The notes beneath the pieces were generated by a model, which saw nothing but the letters and a program-made list of their open reading frames with translations, was not told the origin of the DNA and searched no databases. From an uncultured Actinomycetota bacterium (GTDB taxonomy: Bacteria > Actinomycetota > Actinomycetes > Propionibacteriales > Nocardioidaceae): 64,000 bases of DNA. The DNA lies in assembly GCA_963740745.1 (NCBI GenBank), contig CAVUFK010000009.1, positions 184,263-248,262 on the forward strand. The letters are read 5' to 3'. Both the position numbers and the translations under genes were made by a program. Shown piece after piece: positions 55,733-64,000 of this stretch. How positions within the stretch are numbered: position 1 is the first letter of the stretch; each line of letters opens with the position of its first letter.

Positions 55733-57145
55733 ATGAGCTATGAAGAGGAACGCCGACGCCGTGACGCCGAAGACGCCGCCCGCCAGAGTGCCGAGCGCGA
55801 GTCCCGGCGCCGCGACGATCTAGCCGACGCGGCCCGAAGAGAGGAAGAGAACCGCCGGCGGGGCATGTGCCAAGGCTGCGGGTTTCTACCCAAGTCGAAC
55901 GGACCCCTTTGCGGCGGCTGTCATGAACAACAGGTTCGGGCGACGAGTGCAACCAATGATTCCTCGTTCTCGCCCGCTGCCAGCGTCTACGCGCAACCTG
56001 ATTACTTTGAGCGGTACGACGCAGCCAATCGGTACACGGAACCTACGCCGGAGTACCTCGACCCGTACAGCGCTCTGACTGACGCGGAGCGTGACCTCGA
56101 ACGTGTCGTCGCGACTGCCCAGCTCGAACAGGCTGTTGAGATGGACCGCCTATGGGAACGAGCCGTTGCGGGGTGCGATGACGCCTCCCTGCAACGAAAC
56201 AGGTTCTGGATGCTCATCAACGAGTCCGCAGGACCCGACGCGGCCGGCGCCCGAGACTACCTCCGCGAGGCGGGTTTCCGGGTTGGGACCGGTTCGGAGC
56301 CCGCTACCCGGACTGAACCTGCAACTCCACCCACCGGAGCCGACCGCCAAACTGGCGAGGCGGCGCCGAGCGTGACGATCGGTTGCACCGGCTGCGGAGG
56401 GATGCTCACTTGTGTGGGCGGCCTGTGCATGTCGTGCCTACGCCACGCAGCCGATACCCCGACGCGCGACGCGTTCGAGGGGCAACAGGGCGTCAGCGAT
56501 CGAGAGCGCACGCGCGCTGAGGAACGCCGCATTGCGAACCTCGAGACCAGCGGCCTGTGCATGAACCTTGACGGGAAAGCCGTTGTGGGCCGGCTCTGCT
56601 CCTCCTGCGCAGCGCAGCTGCGAGAACAGGAGGCCTTGAGCAGCAGATACCAGGATGCGTTCTCCCGGCCCTTCGCAGACACGTTCGAGGTCGCGGCCCT
56701 GTGGCAGCGCGCTAGCCAGGACACCGAGGGCAACAAGCGGAACTACGACACCTCCCGCGCCCGGTTCTGGGCTCTGGTCACCACCGACCCTGCGCCGGAG
56801 GCCGCATTCGTTCGCAACATGCTGCAAGCGGCTGGGTACGACCAAGCCCCCGGACGCGCGCCAGTCCAGCGTGAGAAGACGGGCGGGCGCGCACCCGGTC
56901 GCGACCGCAGTCAACGCCTCCTCACCATCGACCACGCCACACCCCAGAACCCCCAGGGACCCGACGGCACTCCCACCCGAAGCGACCCGACACTACTCAC
57001 CGGGGCCGAGAACCTACGGTTCATGTCTGGCGCCGACAACGCTGAACGCAAGAACCTGTTCTCCGTGCAAGATGTCCCCGCGGCAGGGTGGGACGCATTC
57101 TGGGGAACCACAAGGCAAGCTCTGGCACGCCTATGGGCCAAGTGA
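55733..57145 (+). CDS. Orphan protein: Zn-ribbon modules, duplicated helical domain and C-terminal HNH-like nuclease motif
   Basis: 470 aa; CxxC-x10-CxxC modules; LWxRA...RxRFW...LxxAG twice; TIDHATPQ...NLRFM...N...N. Confidence 0.75.
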   Translation: MSYEEERRRRDAEDAARQSAERESRRRDDLADAARREEENRRRGMCQGCGFLPKSNGPLCGGCHEQQVRATSATNDSSFSPAASVYAQPDYFERYDAANRYTEPTPEYLDPYSALTDAERDLERVVATAQLEQAVEMDRLWERAVAGCDDASLQRNRFWMLINESAGPDAAGARDYLREAGFRVGTGSEPATRTEPATPPTGADRQTGEAAPSVTIGCTGCGGMLTCVGGLCMSCLRHAADTPTRDAFEGQQGVSDRERTRAEERRIANLETSGLCMNLDGKAVVGRLCSSCAAQLREQEALSSRYQDAFSRPFADTFEVAALWQRASQDTEGNKRNYDTSRARFWALVTTDPAPEAAFVRNMLQAAGYDQAPGRAPVQREKTGGRAPGRDRSQRLLTIDHATPQNPQGPDGTPTRSDPTLLTGAENLRFMSGADNAERKNLFSVQDVPAAGWDAFWGTTRQALARLWAK

Positions 57146-57186
57146 CGTGACGGGACCAGCGCAAGGCCCAGGCCGGAAACGCGCCC

Positions 57187-58607
57187 AGTGGAGTCCAGCA
57201 GAGTGGTGTACGACGAGCACCACGGTGAGCCTGCCTCCCACAACGAGGACGGCCACCGGGTGATCCTTCGAGTGATCTACGAAAACCGACTCGAAGAAGG
57301 ACACACCGATGACCGCCACACCCAGTATCGACCCTGCCCGTTTCCTGACCGAGCAGCTGGACCAGGCGAGCCCTGACCTGCTGCGTGAGTTGCTCACCAC
57401 GTTCGTCAACGCGCTGCTCGGCGCCCAAGCCGACGCCGTGTGCGGTGCCGGCTACGGCGAACGCTCGGCCGAGCGGGTCAACTCCCGCAACGGCTACCGC
57501 CACCGCGACCTCGACACCCGCGTCGGCACGTTGGACGTCGCCGTGCCCAAGCTGCGCACCGGCAGCCTGTACCCCGACTGGCTGCTGGAACGTCGCAAGC
57601 GGGCCGAGCGGGCCCTGACGTCGGTGGTGGCGACCTGCTACCTGCTCGGGGTGTCCACCCGGCGGATGGACAAGCTGGTGCAGACCCTGGGGATCACCGG
57701 CCTGTCGAAGTCGCAGGTCTCGGTGATGGCCGCCGAGCTCGACGAGCACGTCGAGCAGTTCCGCACCCGTCGGCTCGAGGATGCCGGGCCGTTCACGTTC
57801 GTGGCCGCCGACGCACTGGTGCTGAAGGTCCGCGAAGGAGGGCGCGTGGTGCCGGTCCACGTGCTGGTCGCGACCGGGGTCAACGCTGACGGGCACCGCG
57901 AGATCCTCGGCGTGCAGGTCACCACCTCAGAAGACGGGGCCGGCTGGCTCGCGTTCTTCCGCGACCTGACCGCCCGGGGCCTGGGCGGGGTCAAGCTCGT
58001 CACCTCCGACGCCCACGCCGGCCTGGTCGCGGCGATCGCTGCGACCCTGCCCGGGGCGTCGTGGCAGCGGTGTCGCACCCACTACGCCGCGAACCTGATG
58101 TCCGCGACCCCGAAGAGCTCGTGGGGGTGGGTCAAGGCGCTGCTCCACTCGATCTACGACCAGCCCGACGCCGAGGCCGTGCACGCCCAGTTCGACCGGG
58201 TCATCGACGCCCTGGCCGGCAAGCTCCCCGCCGTGGCCGAGCACCTCGAGAACGGCCCGCGCCGACATCCTCGCCTTCACCAGCTTCCCGAAGGAGATCT
58301 GGCGCCAGATCTGGTCCAACAACCCCAACGAGCGGCTCAACCGCGAGATCCGCCGCCGCACCGACGTCGTCGGGATCTTCCCCGACCGGGCCTCGATCAT
58401 CCGCCTGGTCGGCGCCGTTCTGGCCGAGCAGCACGACGAATGGGCCGAAGGCCGCCGCTACCTCGGACTCGACGTCCTCACCCGCAGCCAAGCCGTCGAC
58501 ACCCACCATGTGGAGGAGGTGACCGAACCCGAGCTCCAGGCCCTCACCGCCTGAGCGACACGCCCGACGAAGGATTCATCTCGTACACCACGCCCCGGGA
58601 CTTGACC
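57187..58607 (+). mobile_element. IS256-family insertion sequence, 1421 bp, with 8-bp target site duplication
   Basis: IRL AGTGGAGTCCAGCAGAGTGGTGTACGA versus IRR (reverse complement) GGTCAAGTCCCGGGGCGTGGTGTACGA; direct repeat ACGCGCCC at 57179-57186 and 58608-58615. Confidence 0.93.
57309..58554 (+). CDS. IS256-family (mutator-type) transposase (frameshift near 58252)
   Basis: [38 protein letters not shown]; after removing one A: ADILAFT.FP...[22 protein letters not shown]. Confidence 0.95.
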
Positions 58608-58819
58608 ACGCGCCCGACGGTCGGGTGACCACAGGGCACCCAAGGTAAGCACTGGGGATGGCATGCTGTCTCGTTCTACGCACAGGTCCGGCGTGTCCAT
58701 TCCTCGGCAGATCGGGACGTCACCTGTGCTGCGCCCGACTGGCGGTGATATGACGCACCAGATCTTAGCCCTCTGAGCCATCTCTGCTTTCGCCACCAGT
58801 GGTCGCTGGTTCGAAGGTC

Positions 58820-59563
58820 TTAGGTCCGTCCACGGTAGACGTGTTCTTCGTCCAGATGGTCGATGAGATCCGCCAAGCTGCGCTCGATCGCTGCAAGCCG
58901 CCCGGTCGAGGAATCGACCCCGTCCCGGCGAAGGTCGGCGACAAACGGGCCGAGCCACCGTTCATACACGGTCTCGTAGTTCGCCACGAAGTGCTCGAAC
59001 CCGAGAATGCCTGAACCACCGATCTCCAGCATGAGACCGCCGACGGCACGCTGCTCGTCTTTCCAAAGCATCAAGCAACCCGGAGGCTCGAAGTCGAACC
59101 GGTCAGTCGCGAACTGAGTCGAGACGTCCTCGAGGAGCGCGACAAGTCTCGTCGTGCGCTCACTGTCCTCGTAGCGAAGGTAGGTCAGCTTGCGACTCAG
59201 GAGCTCTCGCAGTCCAAGAAAGGCCGCCACGCGGTACGCAGTACTGAGCAACGCAATCTGACTTCGCCGCGAGTCGGCGCTCAGGTACGCCAGGAAATCG
59301 TTGTGAAGCACGTTGCCAAGGCGGCGCTTCAGCTCGACGGCCGATGCCAGGAGCGGTCGCCGGTACGTTTCTACGATCTTCTGCGCGTCCTCCTGAGCAA
59401 GCTCGCGCCGCGTTGTCCTCGAGACCTCGGCGCGGATTTTTTCCATGGCTGCCTCGTGCTGCCGCAATGCCTTGGAGCCCCGAAGTGCATAGGTAACGCT
59501 CGTGACTGACACGACGATTGCCGAACCGGCGCCAATGAGCGCCGCCGTGACACCTGGATCCAT
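58820..59563 (-). CDS. Hypothetical protein with N-terminal TM anchor, coiled segment and helical cytoplasmic domain (islet)
   Basis: TM AALIGAGSAIVVSVTSVTYAL; YRRPLL.SA.EL..RL.N.L, EQRAVG.LM, GF..F, RL...L.DLIDHLD. Confidence 0.78.
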   Translation of the reverse strand: MDPGVTAALIGAGSAIVVSVTSVTYALRGSKALRQHEAAMEKIRAEVSRTTRRELAQEDAQKIVETYRRPLLASAVELKRRLGNVLHNDFLAYLSADSRRSQIALLSTAYRVAAFLGLRELLSRKLTYLRYEDSERTTRLVALLEDVSTQFATDRFDFEPPGCLMLWKDEQRAVGGLMLEIGGSGILGFEHFVANYETVYERWLGPFVADLRRDGVDSSTGRLAAIERSLADLIDHLDEEHVYRGRT

Positions 59564-59709
59564 GTCGTCGAGTGTGGCGGGTTCCTGGCTCGTGCGCACC
59601 ATCACACGCGGCTACTAGACGATTCCCCGAGGACCGGTGTCTGGCCAGACTCGGTTCAGGTGATCGGCGGGCTCAGTGTGGTGCTCGCTGCAGAGACGCT
59701 GAGAGCGAC

Positions 59710-60590
59710 TCAGATCCCGACCGGGTGCCACACCGTCTTCGTCTCGAGGAACCGCGTCATCCGGTCCAGGCCCGGCTCGGCGAACAGGTCCTCCCGCGCG
59801 TCGGCAGGCGCCGGACGGCGTACCCGCTTGAGGTTCTGCGCGGCGGCGACCTCGAGATCACGGGCCAGGTCGGGGTTGCCGACGCCGGTGAGGTCGAGGC
59901 CGTCGACGTCGAGGTGCGATGCCAGCCAGGGGGCGATCTCGGCCTGGTGGCCGGTGAGGATGTTGACGACGCCGCCGGGCAGGTCGGAGGTCGCCATGAT
60001 CTCGGCCAGGGTGATCGCGGGCAGCGGGTGGTCCTCGCTGGCGATCACGACGCAGGTGTTGCCGGTCGTGATCAGCGGAGCGATGACGCTGACCAGGCCC
60101 AGCAGCGGGCCCGAGGGGGCGACGACCGCGACGACGCCGACCGCCTCGGGCGTCGAGAGGTTGAAGAACGGGCCCGCCACGGGGTTGGCGTTGCCGACGA
60201 CCTGGGCGAGCTTGTCGGCCCACCCGGCGTACCAGACGAGGCGGTCGATCGACTCGTCGACGGCCTGCCGGGTCTTCGCGGCGCTGGCGCCCTCGCTCTC
60301 GCGGATCTCGCGCTCGAGCTGGTCGCGGCGGCCCTCGAGGACCTCCGCGATCCGGTAGAGCACCTGCCCGCGGTTGTACGGCGTACGTCCCGACCAGCCG
60401 CCGAAGGCCTTGCGGGCCGCGACGACCGCGTCGCGCGCGTCCTTGCGCGAGGCCAGCGAGGCGTTGGCGAGGAACTTGCCCTTGGCGTCGTTGACGACGT
60501 AGGACCGCGCCGACTCCGAGCGGGGGAAGGCCCCGCCGATGTAGAGCTTGTAGGTCTTGCGCACGTCGAGGCGCTGGTCTCCGGCCGCCA

Positions 60591-60591
<1 letters not shown>
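59710..60591 (-). CDS. Truncated non-catalytic ALDH-fold protein (ALDH16 C-terminal-domain-like)
   Basis: KTYKLYIGG, YAGWADK, TSDLPGGVVNILTG, NLKR, KTVWHP; no ELGGK and no catalytic Cys domain. Confidence 0.85.
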
Positions 60592-62024
<1,433 letters not shown>

Positions 62025-62037
62025 CAGGGGTCCTGGC

Positions 62038-63027
62038 TCAGTCGACGGTGACGTGGTCGGGTCCGGAGTAGGCGCCGGTGCGCAGCTTCTGGCGCTGCAG
62101 GAGCAGGTCGTTGAGCAGCGAGGAGGCGCCGAAGCGGAACCAGTCGGGGTCCAGCCAGTCCTCGCCTGCGACCTCGTGGACGGTCACGAGGTACTTGATC
62201 GCGTCCTTGGTCGTGCGGATCCCGCCGGCGGGCTTGACGCCGATCATCGTGCCGGTCGCGGCGCGGAAGTCGCGCACGGCCTCGAGCATGATCATCGTGA
62301 CCGGCAGGGTCGCGGCGGGCTGCACCTTGCCGGTGGAGGTCTTGATGAAGTCGGCGCCCGCGAGCATGGCCAGCCAGCTGGCGCGACGCACGTTGTCGTA
62401 CGTCGCCAGCTCGCCGGTCTCGAGGATCACCTTGAGGTGAGCCGGCGGGCCGTCGGTGCGGGTGCAGGCCGCCTTGACGGCGACGATCTCGTCGTGGACG
62501 GCCTGGTAGCGCCCGGTGAGGAACGCCCCGCGGTCGATCACCATGTCGATCTCGTCGGCGCCGGCCGCCACCGCGTCCGCGACGTCGGCCAGCTTGATCG
62601 CCCGCGAGGCCCGGCCCGAGGGGAAGGCGGTCGCGACGGAGGCGACCTTGACCCCGGAGTCACCGAGCGCCGCCTTGGCCACGCCGACGAGGTCGGGGTA
62701 GACGCAGACGGCCGCGGCCGACGGGCAGGTCGCGTCGGTCGGGTCGGGGCGCACGGCCTTGGCCGAGAGCGCGGCCACCTTGCCCGGGGTGTCCTGGCCC
62801 TCGAGCGTGGTCAGGTCGACCATCGCGATCGCCAGGTCGATGGCGTACGCCTTGGACGTGGTCTTGATCGAGCGGGTCGAGAGCCCGGCCGCGCGGGCCT
62901 CGGCGCCGACCTGGTCGACGCCGGGCAGGCCGTGCAGGAACCGGCGCAGGCTGGTCTCGGTCGCGGCGACGTCGGCGTACGCCGCCGGGGGAGCGGCGCC
63001 TCCGACAACGGTGGGGGAGGCTGGCAT
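62038..63027 (-). CDS. deoC: Deoxyribose-phosphate aldolase
   Basis: DLTTLEG.DT, AVCVYP, GADEIDMVI, LKVILETGEL, FIKTSTGK, KPAGGIR, RFGASSLL. Confidence 0.97.
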   Translation of the reverse strand: MPASPTVVGGAAPPAAYADVAATETSLRRFLHGLPGVDQVGAEARAAGLSTRSIKTTSKAYAIDLAIAMVDLTTLEGQDTPGKVAALSAKAVRPDPTDATCPSAAAVCVYPDLVGVAKAALGDSGVKVASVATAFPSGRASRAIKLADVADAVAAGADEIDMVIDRGAFLTGRYQAVHDEIVAVKAACTRTDGPPAHLKVILETGELATYDNVRRASWLAMLAGADFIKTSTGKVQPAATLPVTMIMLEAVRDFRAATGTMIGVKPAGGIRTTKDAIKYLVTVHEVAGEDWLDPDWFRFGASSLLNDLLLQRQKLRTGAYSGPDHVTVD

Positions 63028-63086
63028 GGCGACCAGCATAGGGTTGACGTCGCCCAGCCCGACACGCGCCGATGAGGAGGACGAGA

Positions 63087-63764
63087 GTGGCTCTGCTGAG
63101 CGGTCTGCGCCCCAGCGACCGTGAGGAGGACTTCCGTCCCACGAACGGCAGTGCCATCGCCTGGCTCGGAGAGACCCTGATCGTCGGCTTCGTCGCGGTC
63201 TCGCTGTTCCAGGAGGGCGTCGACCCGCCGGCCTGGGTGGTGGCGGCCGTCGTGACCCTCGGGATCCTGCTGTGGGCCGCCCTGCTGCGCCCCAGGGTCT
63301 GGATCGCGCCGGGTGACGAGCTGGTGCTGCGCACGATGTTCGAGACCGTCACGATCCCGCTCGCCGCGATCGAGTCGATCGTGGTCCGCCAGGTGCTGGT
63401 CGTCACGGCGGGCGGTCGCCGGTTCACCTGCGCCGCGCTGGGCCACACGCGGCGGCGGCTGGTGCGGGGGTCGGGTGGCCGCGGCGGCGGCGGGGGCGGC
63501 GGGGGCGGCCTGTTCGGCTCCCGCGGCGGCTACACCGGCGAGGCCGAGCAGAAGCCCCGGGCGCTGGGTGTCGACTACCCCGACTTCGTCGAGTCCCGCC
63601 TGACCGAGCGGCACAGCCGCGCGATGCTCGAGCATCGGGTACGGCGCGGCTCGGAGGAGCAGCAGGACCTCGCGCGGCGCGTACGCCGTCAGGTGTCGTG
63701 GCCCGTGATCGCCGTCGTCGCCGCGGCCCTCGTCGTGACCGTGGTGCTCGCGGTCGCGAGCTAG
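63087..63764 (+). CDS. PH-domain-like membrane protein
   Basis: AGGAGG SD before GTG; 2 TM segments, then LRPRV...LR.MF.TV.IPLAAI, and a C-terminal TM. Confidence 0.7.
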   Translation: MALLSGLRPSDREEDFRPTNGSAIAWLGETLIVGFVAVSLFQEGVDPPAWVVAAVVTLGILLWAALLRPRVWIAPGDELVLRTMFETVTIPLAAIESIVVRQVLVVTAGGRRFTCAALGHTRRRLVRGSGGRGGGGGGGGGLFGSRGGYTGEAEQKPRALGVDYPDFVESRLTERHSRAMLEHRVRRGSEEQQDLARRVRRQVSWPVIAVVAAALVVTVVLAVAS

Positions 63765-63771
63765 AACGCCG

Positions 63772-64000
63772 CTACAGACCCAGCGCCAGGCTCAGATCGC
63801 CGCGGACGGCGTCGAGGCGGGTGGCGGCCTGGATCCGGGCCGCACCGACGGCGTCGGTGCGCTCCTCGGACCCGGTCGGCCTCGACCGGCACGACGACCT
63901 CGAGGTAGGCCTTGAGCTTCGGTTCGGTTCCGCTCGGACGCACGACGACGCGGGCGCCCTCGGCGAGGGTGAAGCGCAGGCCGTCGGTCGGCGGCAGGTC
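63772..64000 (-). CDS. Phospho-sugar mutase (PGM/PMM, probable phosphopentomutase role), 3' end, frameshift near 63872
   Basis: LPPTDGLR...RVVVRPSGTEPKLKAYLEV; the alternate frame continues ...AATRLDAVRGDLSLALGL*. Confidence 0.88.
   Translation of the reverse strand, partial: TCRRPTACASPSPRAPASSCVRAEPNRSSRPTSRSSCRSRPTGSEERTDAVGAARIQAATRLDAVRGDLSLALGL

Noticed and set aside
58240-58270. Programmed frameshift in the transposase
   Set aside because: IS256 transposases are single-ORF and there is no slippery heptamer; the indel resembles the others in the window.
53864-59700. Prophage or integrative element
   Set aside because: No integrase, structural or replication genes, tRNA or att repeats were found.
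63470-63530. G-rich run as a G-quadruplex or repeat element
   Set aside because: Explained by a poly-Gly linker in the PH-domain membrane protein.

Overview
High-GC actinobacterial chromosome segment. Gene content, synteny and frequent leaderless starts suggest Nocardioidaceae (Nocardioides/Marmoricola-like); this is an inference. The core backbone runs: icd 3' end, L-lactate permease, trpS-2H phosphoesterase-yihY, three-subunit sdhCAB, mutA-mutB-meaB followed by a DUF71/Dph6-like ATP pyrophosphatase and an Rv0802c-like GNAT, and then a nucleoside salvage/catabolism region (M20 amidohydrolase, BMP-type nucleoside ABC transporter, cdd, cytochrome P450, deoA, add ... ALDH pair, deoC, phosphomutase). 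About 24 kb of accessory genes lie between add and the ALDH-deoC block. They include a DUF222-HNH gene with an SOS-box-like site in its promoter, a deleted EAL-DICT remnant, an unannotated 35-aa ORF, and an AT-richer islet (~53.9-59.7 kb). The islet carries orphan genes and a complete IS256-family element with an 8-bp target duplication. Best candidates for new biology: (1) the islet's 470-aa protein with three Cys-rich Zn-ribbon modules, a duplicated helical domain and a C-terminal HNH-like nuclease motif, together with its membrane-protein neighbours; (2) a P450 lacking the conserved I-helix Thr, coupled between cdd and deoA; (3) a split ALDH16-like heterodimer behind deoC; (4) a window-wide CGTACG palindrome that accounts for most of the rare GTA codons. 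At least eight genes have single-base frameshifts, most likely sequencing or consensus errors. No rRNA, tRNA or CRISPR array was seen. Family assignments come from motif recognition, not database searches.
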